From an uncultured Thermoleophilia bacterium (lineage in GTDB: Bacteria > Actinomycetota > Thermoleophilia > UBA2241), in NCBI GenBank assembly GCA_963751215.1, contig CAVVTV010000024.1, forward strand, positions 1,052,178-1,116,177: 64,000 nt of DNA, written 5' to 3'. The notes beneath the pieces were generated by a model that saw only the letters and a list, made by a program, of their open reading frames with translations, was not told the DNA's origin and did not search any database. The stretch's first letter is position 1. Each line of letters starts with the position of its first letter. The position numbers were made by a program, and so were the translations under genes. Shown piece after piece: positions 24,819 to 34,129 of this stretch.

Positions 24819-26603
24819 TCATTTGACTGCCGGCACATTCTTCGCGGCGTTCATGCCGCAAAGGCGAGCGGCGGTCACGTAGTGGGCCAACGTGTTGTGA
24901 CCCCGGCGATAGCCGACGATATCGCCGGACTCGCCCGCGACGTACAGATGGGGGATCGTCGTCAACTGGTCGATCGACTGCGGCGCGGCATCGCCCTGCT
25001 CGGCCTCGATCACCTGCATCTTGGTGTTGACGCGGAGCCCATTGCGCTGCGTGTGCCGGATCAAGCTCAGCTTCGCACCGTAGAACGGCCCTGTGAGGAT
25101 CTTGCCCTTTGGCGACGGCTTGCCGAAGTCGGCATCCGTGCCGGAGTCGACGAAGCCATTGTAGCGAGTGATGGTGGCCTGCAGATTGGCCGCGTTCACG
25201 CCCATCTTGGCCGCCAGGCCCGCGATCGTGTCGTCGATGGCGAGGCAGGTCGGATCGAGCTGAATCCCACTCTTGGGATCGGGGTTCTGCATCGTGCTAA
25301 TGGGCCACCCCAGAGTGGCAGCGGTGGTCGAGTCCGCGATCATCCACACGTTGCGCGGCTGCGGCAGTGCCAGGTAGGACGTGGTCCACGTCATCTCGGG
25401 GTTCTCGGAGTAGGAGCCTCGTCCCGCAGGGATCGCGTCGAAGCGCGTGGACTCGTTGACGTAACGTTGGCCGTTGTTCGCCACACAGATGGTGCTCTGG
25501 AACGTGGCGGCACTCTGGGTCAGACCCTTGCCGGCGGCATAGTTCGTGTTCGTCGTCCAGTCGATCGGGTCGTGTCCCCAGCCCCAGTACGAGCGGCCAC
25601 CGAAGAAGGTATAGAGGTAGGAAGTGAACGACATATCGGCAAGTCCAGCCCCGATGTCGGCACACGCCCTTTGACCATCGCCGGCGCTGTCGATGTAGAG
25701 CGTCCCGTCGATCGGCGTCCCGCCATCTCCGTAGCAGTCAGGCCCGACTGTCCGCGGGTCCCACTGCTGCATCATGGTCTGGTTGTCGGTCCACGTACCG
25801 GCGGCGACAACGACACCCTTGCGGGCTCTGATGTTCATGAGCCCCTTAGGCCCACGCGCCTGAATGCCGACCACGACGCCGTTCCTGTCCCGGTACAGCT
25901 TCAGCATCCGCGTGTTCAGAAGGATGGGCGTGCCCTGCTTCTGCACCTTCTTCCACATGACCCAGCTGAAGGAGATACCGGTGTTCGGCGTGCCCGACCC
26001 GCCGGGATAGACACCCGGGTTCTGCAGGGCGGTAATGCCACGCCAGATCGGCGGACGCAAGACACCTGCGGACAGCGGCGCATACTTGATGCCGAGATCC
26101 TGGAACCACTTGACTGTGTCCGCACCATTGGCCACCAGCGTGCGCACGATCTCCGGCTGTGCACGGTACTGGCTGGTGTACATCTCGTCCTCGAACCACT
26201 GCTCGTCGTTGTCAACGACGCCGGCAGCCTGCTGCACGACGTTGTTGCCACCCATCGTGAAGCTGCCACCAGCGGTCATGTACAGCCCGCCGACGTGGTC
26301 AGCCTTCTCGACGATGAGCGCGCTGGCGCCGAGGTTCTTGGCCTCAATCGCGGCGGCGAGCCCGCAACCGGTGCCGACCACGACCACGTCGACGGTCCGC
26401 TGCCACTTGCTGGGCAGCTTTGACGACTGTGCCGACTCGGCCAGCGCGGCAGGCACTCCGAGGAAGCCTCGCGAGCCTACGCCAACAACCGCTGCTCCCA
26501 CGGCAGCCCCAGCGAGGAACTTCCGCCGGGTAAAGCCCTTCTTCACGCCATCGTCGTCAGCGACTTCCATCTGACGTTCGTCCTTCTCGTCAATGTCATC
26601 CAT
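24819..26603 (-). CDS. Tat-exported FAD-dependent oxidoreductase (fumarate reductase/succinate dehydrogenase flavoprotein-like, KstD/flavocytochrome flavin-domain-like)
   Basis: ATG 26603. Twin-arginine signal TRRKFLAGAAVGAAVVGVG. Dinucleotide-binding VDVVVVGTGCGLAAAIEA. C-terminus HLYVAGESGD typical of the FRD/SDH flavoprotein superfamily. 41-bp gap to the CXXCH gene. Confidence 0.85.
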   Translation of the reverse strand: MDDIDEKDERQMEVADDDGVKKGFTRRKFLAGAAVGAAVVGVGSRGFLGVPAALAESAQSSKLPSKWQRTVDVVVVGTGCGLAAAIEAKNLGASALIVEKADHVGGLYMTAGGSFTMGGNNVVQQAAGVVDNDEQWFEDEMYTSQYRAQPEIVRTLVANGADTVKWFQDLGIKYAPLSAGVLRPPIWRGITALQNPGVYPGGSGTPNTGISFSWVMWKKVQKQGTPILLNTRMLKLYRDRNGVVVGIQARGPKGLMNIRARKGVVVAAGTWTDNQTMMQQWDPRTVGPDCYGDGGTPIDGTLYIDSAGDGQRACADIGAGLADMSFTSYLYTFFGGRSYWGWGHDPIDWTTNTNYAAGKGLTQSAATFQSTICVANNGQRYVNESTRFDAIPAGRGSYSENPEMTWTTSYLALPQPRNVWMIADSTTAATLGWPISTMQNPDPKSGIQLDPTCLAIDDTIAGLAAKMGVNAANLQATITRYNGFVDSGTDADFGKPSPKGKILTGPFYGAKLSLIRHTQRNGLRVNTKMQVIEAEQGDAAPQSIDQLTTIPHLYVAGESGDIVGYRRGHNTLAHYVTAARLCGMNAAKNVPAVK

Positions 26604-26691
26604 CGAACACGACTCCCCTCATCCATTGGTCTGACAGCTGCAGACGCGCCACGAACGAATAACCTCCTCGAACGGACTTGCCTAGTCGATC

Positions 26692-26757
26692 GACCTTGGC
26701 ATCCTCTCCCTCCACGGAGACATCCCGGACTCACATGTGAGTGTGCACTCTATCACA
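26692..26757 (-). promoter_or_regulatory. promoter/operator module copy 2 (same 30-mer palindrome); carries a decayed 6-codon start MPRSID* of a paralog of gene 20554..21483
   Basis: Near-identical to 21472..21536. About 125 bp upstream of the FAD-oxidoreductase ATG. Confidence 0.6.
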
Positions 26758-26928
26758 ACCACCCCCACAGCCGCACACAAGAAGACATCTGAATTCACGA
26801 TTCTTCACATCGGACACCGCGCGCTGGGGCGTCCGCAGGCCTAGCGTCGTGGGTACGCCTCTTTCGCTGCAGTCCTGTCGCGGCCACCTACCGACTGCCA
26901 AGACCGGCCGTCAGGCGGGGTCGTTCGC

Positions 26929-27147
26929 CGCGCTAACCGCTTCGGTGGCGTGCTGTAGGGCGGCGGCGGCGGCGAGGGCGCTCTTCGCCGCGCAGCCGGC
27001 GTAGTTGGCGCAGGAGAGCAGGGTGCCGTCGACGAGGCGCACGCTGCCGGCCGCGACGAGCTCGGCGACGGCCAGCTGCACGCGCGTGATCTGCGGTGTC
27101 AGGCGACGCAGGCGGCGGTTGAACTGCGACTGCCCGGGCGGGAGCTT
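26929..27147 (-). pseudogene. orphan C-terminal gene fragment (about 72 aa, no start), unknown origin, possibly mobile-element derived
   Basis: Minus-frame ...SQFNRRLRRLTPQITRVQLAVAELVAAGSVRLVDGTLLSCANYAGCAAKSALAAAAALQHATEAVSAANDPA* with about 93% GC3, so it is a coding frame. It abuts the stop of Sel1 copy B with no upstream start. Confidence 0.4.
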
Positions 27148-27808
27148 CTAGTATCGCTCGCCGCGGTAGCCGGCTTCGGTGGCGCGCTGGAACCAGCGCT
27201 CAGCTTCGTCGAGCTCACCCAACTGCTCCAGTAGCAGGCCGAGGTCGAACATCGCATCTGCTTCGCCTGCCTCGGCGGCCTGCCGATACCACTCTTTGGC
27301 CTGCTCGGGCTGGCCCTGTTCCTTCAGCAGGGCGCCGAGGTTGAACATGGCGTGGGCGTCGCCCGCCTCGGCGGCCAGGCGATACCACTCTTTGGCCTCG
27401 CCGATGTCGCCGCGCAGGTAGAGGAGCGCGCCCAGGTTGAACATCGCGCGCACGTCGCCTGCCTCGGCGGCCAGGCGATACCAGTGGTCGGCGCCTTCGA
27501 TGTCGCCACGCAGGTAGAGGAGCGCGCCCAGGTTGAACATCGCGCGCACGTCGCCTGCCTCGGCGGCCAGGCGATACCAGTGGTCGGCCTCGTCGAGCTC
27601 ACCCTGCTCCTTGAGCAGCTGGCCGAGGTCGCACCGCGCCTCGGTATCGCCTGCCTCGGCCGCCTGCCGATACCAGCGCTCAGCGCCCGTGGTGTCGCCC
27701 TGCTCTCTGAGCAGCCGGCCGAGGTCGCGCATCGCCTGGGTATCGCCCGCCTCGGCCGCCTCCCCAAGCCTTTCTGCTTCGTCGGTCATGTGGTGCTGCT
27801 CCCTTTTT
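27143..27808. repeat. 0.66-kb direct repeat, copy B
   Basis: See copy A. Same orientation, about 5 kb apart. Confidence 0.8.
27148..27789 (-). CDS. Sel1-like/TPR repeat protein, copy B (213 aa)
   Basis: ORF 27148..28149 trimmed to ATG 27789 (MTDEAERLGE). About 93% identical to copy A, differing mainly in one repeat (QLLKEQGELDEADHWY versus HLLYLRGDIEGADHWY). Confidence 0.8.
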   Translation of the reverse strand: MTDEAERLGEAAEAGDTQAMRDLGRLLREQGDTTGAERWYRQAAEAGDTEARCDLGQLLKEQGELDEADHWYRLAAEAGDVRAMFNLGALLYLRGDIEGADHWYRLAAEAGDVRAMFNLGALLYLRGDIGEAKEWYRLAAEAGDAHAMFNLGALLKEQGQPEQAKEWYRQAAEAGEADAMFDLGLLLEQLGELDEAERWFQRATEAGYRGERY

Positions 27809-28252
27809 CGTAGGCACCATTGGTGCTGTCGTGTGCCGGCCGCCGTCATCCTGGTCCGGTGAGTCAATGTACGCTTGAGACTAACGTCGGGCAACCGGTC
27901 CTGGACGACCCTGTGCTCGCGGCCGGACGGAAGCGACGACCTCGAGCAGAGATCAGCCGAGCGCGGGCATGCCGCCCCAACCCACAGGCCCGCGGGCCCA
28001 CTCGCGCGGAGCCCCGGGAACTCGTTGTCACGGTCCACGAGGGCTTGCCACGCTTTCCGGGAAGGCCATGCGTCGGCCTCGAAGCGAGCCTGGCTCGCTG
28101 CGCGCCGGGTCCTCCGGCGGAAGAACGCAGCTCCCGCTATGCCACGCATGCCAGGCTGACCGCGAGCGCTCCTGGGTTGACGGTCTCCTCCGCATCAACC
28201 ACGATGGCGGTCAGGTCTTCCGGACTGACTGCTATGCAACGGAGGTAAGAGG

Positions 28253-28495
28253 ATGTTCAGCGGCGCGCTTCAACCCATGCACGTGCTAATCGTGGTCGTC
28301 ATCGTGCTGCTACTCTTCGGCGCCAAGCGGCTGCCCGAGCTGGGCCGCTCGATGGGAACTGGCATTCGCGAGTTCAAGAAGGGTGTCTCCGAATTACACG
28401 CAGACGTATCCGACGAGCAGCCGGGAGGCGCCGCTGCCGGGCCAACTGCCCCCGTCAAGGTAGAGAGCGTTGCCTCTCAGAGCGAGGCTGAGTAG
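28253..28495 (+). CDS. tatA: twin-arginine translocase subunit TatA/E
   Basis: LLLFGAKRLPELGRSMGTGIREFKKG with N-terminal TM. GGAGGTAAGAGG RBS. Confidence 0.85.
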   Translation: MFSGALQPMHVLIVVVIVLLLFGAKRLPELGRSMGTGIREFKKGVSELHADVSDEQPGGAAAGPTAPVKVESVASQSEAE

Positions 28496-28865
28496 GAAGG
28501 CGACCCCGCGCCGCCGCTTCAGGGGTAAGACGAATCACGCCACAACGGCGTGCCTGAGATCGCTCCCACGATCTGCGCCTGCGCCGCGAGATGAAGACCT
28601 GGGAGGCCGCCTCAGATCCCGGCGGGGGATCGTCGTGCAGCACCGTGGCGCGTTCTGCGGCGCTCTTCGGCGAGCTCGGTGCACACATAGCGGCGTAGGC
28701 TGGCGACGCTTGATCGCCGACACGTGGCACACCCCCTCGAGAAGCGGGTGCGGGATGCCCGAGGTGAACTGCTCCTCCGAGTGAGAGGGCCCCGGCTGGG
28801 GCGGTACCGCTAGCAGCGGGCGCGCCGCTGAACGGGCTGCTGCCTAGCGTAGCGGTCGGGCCTGC

Positions 28866-29282
28866 TCAAGGGGCAGGCGAGGCGAACGCGCAGCTCTCGT
28901 ACGGCGACATGCCCGAGATCAGCTCCTCCAGGCAAGCGTGCACCTCGTCGAGCTCGTCGTGCTCGCGCCGCAGTGCGACGCGCTCATCGCGCAGCTCCAG
29001 GGCCAGGTAGCTGTCGATGTCGATCAGTGCCGCGATCTCGTCGGCGGGGAACTCCGCGAGCCAGATCTCATGGAAGATGCGACCATCCCCGGTTGAGGCC
29101 AAGTTTCGAGAGACGTACAGGGAGGGCGTCCTGAGATAGGCGAGCGTCGCCCTGCGGCTGATAAGGCCGTCCGGCAGGTGAGGGTACCGACGCCCGAGGG
29201 CCAGGTTGATCTCGTCGAGCCTCGCGATGGTCACGTTGTCTCGCTTCCTTTCCAAGAGCCAGTTGTGCCTCTTAGGGTGCAC
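28866..29282 (-). CDS. hypothetical protein (about 138 aa; start uncertain, GTG at 29282 suggested)
   Basis: ORF 28866..29483. GC3 rises from about 50% upstream to about 85% downstream of about 29290, indicating the real coding part. No family match. Confidence 0.35.
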   Translation of the reverse strand: MHPKRHNWLLERKRDNVTIARLDEINLALGRRYPHLPDGLISRRATLAYLRTPSLYVSRNLASTGDGRIFHEIWLAEFPADEIAALIDIDSYLALELRDERVALRREHDELDEVHACLEELISGMSPYESCAFASPAP

Positions 29283-29545
29283 AGACCCGGCATCGCATCT
29301 GAGATTTCTATTACAGTGTTCCCCATGTGCCGGCCCGAGCGAGCACGGGAGCGCCGCCCGGAATCGCGGCGACGTGGTCGTCCGGGTCGATCGACGCGGC
29401 GGGCTGATCCACGAGTAACAGCGGACTGCGGCGTGCATCGCGGATAGGCGCATCCTCACCGTAATCGGCAACTTAGGGAACAATCAGAGATGCGGCGCTC
29501 GCAGGCAGGGGCGCCTGGTGGCGATGGAGGCTGAGGAGGCATCTC

Positions 29546-30172
29546 ATGAGCCTGTTAGTTGCGGTCTTCAATCAGAGGTCGGAACGGTCGGGCAAGACCG
29601 TCAGCTATGAAGACGCCCAGCGCCAGTTCATCCTCCAAGACCACGGGCCCATCACCGCCCAGGCCCTTTTGGGCTACGACGCGCAGGGCCAGCTCGACTG
29701 GGCAGACGAGGGTCTGCGCGAGTGGGCCCAGAAGGCGGCACAGGCCGCGGCAGCGCCGGCACGCGGAGCTACCGAACGGCCGTCGCCGACGGTCGAGGCG
29801 GCCGCTGCGCCGTCTCAGGCCATGGCCGGCGCGGAGCCAAAGCGGCAGGCAGGTCGCGGAGTACAAGGTGCTGCGCTTACGGAGTCCTTCGACTCCGGCC
29901 CGGTGCCAGCCGCCGAGGACTCCAGGCCAGGCGCTGAGAGGTCGCGGACCACGAGCGCTTCGAACCCGGGCATCGGGGTAGCCGGGTTCATCTGCTCGCT
30001 GGTCGGTTTTGGCGTCCCCCTCCTCGGTGTTCTTGGGCTCATCCTCTCGATCGCCGGCCGGCGAGAGGCCGAGCGACTCGGCATGGCGAAGGGGCTCTCC
30101 GCCACCGGCATCGTCATCGGCGTCATCAGCACGCTGTTCGGCCTTCTGGTTCTGGTCGCGCTTCTTGGCTAG
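29546..30172 (+). CDS. DUF4190-like membrane protein (Ala/Gln-rich N-terminus, C-terminal two-TM domain)
   Basis: ATG with GAGGAGG RBS. C-terminus GIGVAGFICSLVGFGVPLLGVLGLILSIAGRREA. Confidence 0.55.
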   Translation: MSLLVAVFNQRSERSGKTVSYEDAQRQFILQDHGPITAQALLGYDAQGQLDWADEGLREWAQKAAQAAAAPARGATERPSPTVEAAAAPSQAMAGAEPKRQAGRGVQGAALTESFDSGPVPAAEDSRPGAERSRTTSASNPGIGVAGFICSLVGFGVPLLGVLGLILSIAGRREAERLGMAKGLSATGIVIGVISTLFGLLVLVALLG

Positions 30173-30531
30173 CGCCGGCCTCACGCACTGAAGGTGAGGC
30201 TCCCGGCGCAACAGCAACGCCATCCGCGCTGGCCTGCCGAACCCGACCGCGTGGGCTACGGCGGCTGCACGCGCGCAGTGCGGACCGCTACTTGAGTTCG
30301 CTGCGGCACTACTCGCGGCAGACATCACGGCAGGTGGCCGACGCCAGGGTGCCGCGCGCTCCGATGAGGACGACCACGACCGTGAGGACGATCGCCGAGA
30401 CCGTAAGGCTGACGGTTGTGAGCCTGAATCTCACTTAGTCGAAGGTCCGAGGACGATCGGACGGATCTTGGCGACCGTATTCCTGCACGCTACTTGTGAC
30501 CTGTCGCCGCGCGGCCGGGAACAATGGCATC

Positions 30532-31005
30532 ATGACTCTCTGGAAGCTCCCTCCACCCGCCAAGGTCTATGAAGCGTTCAGCGCCATCGGCGACGACCGC
30601 GTCCGGCTAGAGGAGCCGGGACGCGCCACGGTGCGGTCCTCAGGCGGCGAGAAGGCCTACACGGTCGAGTGGACGGACGATTTGGCGGCCGTCACGTCGA
30701 ACGACAACGCCTCGTACTGGCAGGGCTACCTTGGCTACCCGATCGTGGCTGTCCTCATCGCGGCGGGCAAGGTGCGGGTGGACGAGACCGCGCCCAGAGT
30801 GCTCGCGGGGATCGACTGGCATGCCCTAAACGAGCGCTTCAAGCGCGACTACGATGCCGCGGTCGGCCATGTGCTCGACGGACTCGCTCAGCGCGGAGAG
30901 GATCCCGAGCGCGTCAGGCGCGAGGTCGACAGCGTGATGGGCCAGCTCGCCGAGCTCAAGCTGGAGCGTGCGGGCCGAGGCAGGCGGCCGCCTTCCCCAA
31001 GCTGA
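30532..31005 (+). CDS. hypothetical protein
   Basis: ORF 30496..31005 trimmed to the second ATG (MTLWKLPPP). No family match. Confidence 0.45.
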   Translation: MTLWKLPPPAKVYEAFSAIGDDRVRLEEPGRATVRSSGGEKAYTVEWTDDLAAVTSNDNASYWQGYLGYPIVAVLIAAGKVRVDETAPRVLAGIDWHALNERFKRDYDAAVGHVLDGLAQRGEDPERVRREVDSVMGQLAELKLERAGRGRRPPSPS

Positions 31006-31065
31006 GGCTCACGCGCCATGGTGACGGTCGCGGGCTGAGTAGTCGCAGGCAGCGCTCCGCGCGGT

Positions 31066-31097
31066 GTATGCTAGAAACGTCAGATCGATGCGGCTTC
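31066..31097 (+). promoter_or_regulatory. conserved motif copy 1: TATGCT-agA-AACGTCAGATCGATGCGGCTTC (-10-like hexamer plus conserved 23-mer)
   Basis: 27/32 identical to 50944..50974. About 70-100 nt upstream of the MFS transporter ATG at 31164. Positions +/-2. Confidence 0.45.
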
Positions 31098-31163
31098 CCC
31101 TTGACCGGCCTTCCACTCCGACGTGTTGGCTAGCGGCTGGGCCGCGCCCACAAGGAGCAAGCC

Positions 31164-32948
31164 ATGACTGATGTCGCCGTTGCGACCGCAGCAGAGCCCG
31201 CAGCGACCGTCGACCCCTACAAGGGCAAGTGGTCGACGCTATCCAATACCACCCTCGGCATGCTGATGGCCTCGATCGACGCCTCCATCGTGCTCATCGC
31301 CCTGCCCGACATCTTCCGCGGCATCCACCTCAACCCGCTCCTGCCGGGCAACACCAGCTACTTCTTGTGGATGATGATGGGCTACATGCTGGTAACAGCG
31401 GTGCTGGTGGTGAGCTTCGGCCGCCTCGGCGATATCTTCGGTCGGGTGCGCATGTACAACATGGGCTTCGCCCTCTTCACCGTCTTCTCGATCATGCTCT
31501 CGGTGACCTGGATGCACGGGCGTGACGCCGTCCTGTTCATGATCGTCATGCGCATCTTCCAGGGCGTCGGCGGGGCCCTCATCATGGCCAATTCGATGGC
31601 CATCCTGACCGACGCCTTCCCCCCCAAGCAGCGTGGCCTGGCCCTCGGGACCAACATGATGGCGGCCATCGCAGGCTCGTTCATCGGCCTTGTGCTGGGC
31701 GGCATCCTGGGGCCCATCGACTGGCGCCTCGTGTTCCTGGTCTCGGTGCCGGTGGGCATCGTCGGCACCATCTGGGGCGTGATCAACCTCAAAGAGAAGG
31801 GCGTACGCACCCCGGCCAGGATCGACTGGCTGGGCAACGCCACCTTCGCTCTCGGCCTGGTGGCGCTGCTCACCGGCATCGTCTACGGCATCGAGCCCTA
31901 CGGTCGCCACACCATGGGCTGGAGCAGCCCCTGGGTCCTGGCGGCCCTGATCGGCGGCGTGCTGATGCTCTGCCTGTTCGTGTGGATCGAGACCAGAGTT
32001 GCCTCGCCGATGTTCCACATCCCGCTGTTTCGCATCCGTTCGTTCGCGGCCGGCAACGTGGCCAGCCTCATGGCCGCCCTCGGGCGCGGCGGGCTCATGT
32101 TCGTGCTCATCATCTGGCTGCAGGGCATCTGGCTGCCCGAGCACGGCTACAGCTTCGCTCGGACCCCGCTCTGGGCCGGCATCTTCATGCTGCCCCTGAC
32201 CGGTGGGTTCCTCCTCGCCGGGCCGCTGTCGGGCTACCTCTCGGACCACTTCGGAGCGCGGCCCTTCGCCACCGGCGGGATGCTGGCGGCGGCCGCGAGC
32301 TTCGCGCTCCTGGAGCTCCTGCCAATCGACTTCTCCTACGTCTGGTTCGGGCTCCTGCTGCTGGCCAACGGCTTGGCCATGGGCCTGTTCGCCTCGCCCA
32401 ACCGGGCCGCCGTCATGAACTCGCTGCCCCCCGACCAGCGCGGCGCCGGCTCGGGCATGGGCGCCACCACCATGAACGCCGCCATGGTGCTCTCCATCGG
32501 CATCTTCTTCACGCTGATCATCGTCGGCCTTGCCGCCTCGCTGCCGGGCGCCCTCTACCAGGGCCTCACCGCCCACGGGGTGCCCGCTGCCGCCGCCCAG
32601 AGGGTGGCCGACCTGCCGCCCACCGCCTCGGTCTTCGCCGCCTTCCTTGGCTACAACCCCGTGCAGAACCTGCTCGGACCGAGCGGCGTGCTCGCCCACA
32701 TGCCCCCTGCTCAGGCCGCCTTCCTGACCGGCCGCTCGTTCTTCCCGAGCCTCATCGCGGGGCCATTCAGCCACGGCCTGCACGAGGCCCTCGACTTCGC
32801 CATCGCCGCTTGCCTGCTGGCGGCCGGCGCTTCCGCCCTGATGGGCAAGCAGTACTTTCACGAGGCCCCGACCGAGACCACGCCCGCCGACACCGGGCCG
32901 GTGTTGCCTCGTCTTGATGCCGGCAATCTCTTTGACGATGGTCTGTAG
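31164..32948 (+). CDS. MFS transporter, DHA2 (EmrB/QacA-like, 14-TMS) family
   Basis: 594 aa. GRLGDIFGRVRMY motif, 14 hydrophobic segments. Confidence 0.85.
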   Translation: MTDVAVATAAEPAATVDPYKGKWSTLSNTTLGMLMASIDASIVLIALPDIFRGIHLNPLLPGNTSYFLWMMMGYMLVTAVLVVSFGRLGDIFGRVRMYNMGFALFTVFSIMLSVTWMHGRDAVLFMIVMRIFQGVGGALIMANSMAILTDAFPPKQRGLALGTNMMAAIAGSFIGLVLGGILGPIDWRLVFLVSVPVGIVGTIWGVINLKEKGVRTPARIDWLGNATFALGLVALLTGIVYGIEPYGRHTMGWSSPWVLAALIGGVLMLCLFVWIETRVASPMFHIPLFRIRSFAAGNVASLMAALGRGGLMFVLIIWLQGIWLPEHGYSFARTPLWAGIFMLPLTGGFLLAGPLSGYLSDHFGARPFATGGMLAAAASFALLELLPIDFSYVWFGLLLLANGLAMGLFASPNRAAVMNSLPPDQRGAGSGMGATTMNAAMVLSIGIFFTLIIVGLAASLPGALYQGLTAHGVPAAAAQRVADLPPTASVFAAFLGYNPVQNLLGPSGVLAHMPPAQAAFLTGRSFFPSLIAGPFSHGLHEALDFAIAACLLAAGASALMGKQYFHEAPTETTPADTGPVLPRLDAGNLFDDGL

Positions 32949-33110
32949 AGACCGTGCCTGCGCGGCGCACGACGCCATCGCCGTCGCGCTGGCCCGCTCG
33001 GCTCCTGTGGAGTGCACAAACTCGATCACGCCGCCAGTACAGGGCCGCGGCGGCGACCTGCAGATCCAGTTCCCGGCGTCTGACTGACACGCAGATGGGA
33101 AGACGCACCA

Positions 33111-33152
33111 GAGAGGGGGCCGGCGGAGCGTTTGCTCCGCCGGCCCCCTCTC
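33111..33152. terminator. perfect 19-bp stem hairpin GAGAGGGGGCCGGCGGAGC-gttt-GCTCCGCCGGCCCCCTCTC between convergent genes
   Basis: Read directly. Confidence 0.7.
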
Positions 33153-33318
33153 GCGTGCCGCCCGGCTGACCGTCGCGACGGCGTCTGCGATTGGCCGCTT
33201 ACCGGCTCCTGTAGTGGTTGGGCGGCGACGCTCATCGCGAGGCTGGTGTTCGCTGGAAAGTAGGTCGCGTCGTCAGCCTCACACGGCGGGTCTGCCGCGA
33301 GTCACCCGAGCACAAGGG

Positions 33319-34062
33319 TCACGGCACGCTCTCGTAGACGCCCGCCGCCGCCAGCCTGCCGGCCTCGACCGTCACCGTCGTCGGCGTCATCCCGACACCG
33401 CTGGAGTCGCCCAGCCTGAAGGTGTAGTCGCCTGGCGCCAGCTTGAGAGAGAAGAAGCCGGCCCAATCGGAGCGCACCTTCGTCAGTGGTGGACTGCTGG
33501 CAGGCGCAGCGCCGCCCTGCCAGACCACGACTTGGACATGCGTGAGCGGCCTGGGGCCGCCGGGGAAGGGGCCGCCCTCCATTAAGGCGTGACCCCAGAC
33601 GCCTTCACCGGCGGACGGCGGCGGGACGTAGGAGTGGAGCTGCCCGAGGGGCGCCAGGTGGAGGCCGCGGGCACGGGTGAAGCCGTGCGCCAGATAGATG
33701 TGACCGTCGACCTCCAGGACCAGGTAGAGCCGGCTCGCTTTGGTGCCCGGCGCGTCGGGCGGCCTGAAGTGACCGCGCAGCACGACCACGAAGACCCTGC
33801 CCGAGCCGAAGAGGGAGAGGTAGCTCGTGGCACCGCCCGCGAGGCTGGCGGCGCGCGCCGGAGTCGTCAGAGTCCAGCGGAGGGCGCCGGGCTGAGGGTC
33901 GCCGGCAGCGAGCGCTTGCCAGAGGGCCTCGCGCTGCACCCAGGCGGGCGGTCGCACGACGACAGGGGCCGCGGCACGGGGCTCGGAGGCGGCGCTTGCG
34001 GAGCCGCCGGCAGCGAGTGCCAGCAGGGCGAGTAGCGCAATCACAAGCAGAGCGCGGCGCAT
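33319..34062 (-). CDS. secreted hypothetical protein
   Basis: ORF 33319..34071 trimmed to ATG (MRRALLVIALLALLALAAGGSASA signal peptide). GGAGG RBS. Confidence 0.6.
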   Translation of the reverse strand: MRRALLVIALLALLALAAGGSASAASEPRAAAPVVVRPPAWVQREALWQALAAGDPQPGALRWTLTTPARAASLAGGATSYLSLFGSGRVFVVVLRGHFRPPDAPGTKASRLYLVLEVDGHIYLAHGFTRARGLHLAPLGQLHSYVPPPSAGEGVWGHALMEGGPFPGGPRPLTHVQVVVWQGGAAPASSPPLTKVRSDWAGFFSLKLAPGDYTFRLGDSSGVGMTPTTVTVEAGRLAAAGVYESVP

Positions 34063-34129
34063 GAGGCTCACCTCCGTCTAGACCACCGTTCGCTCACGGT
34101 GAGACGCACGGGTCGGGCGGAGAGTTCGT

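Noticed and set aside
29555-30328. 257-aa minus-strand ORF
   Set aside because: Antisense of the DUF4190 membrane-protein gene, which has an RBS, ATG and clear TM domain.
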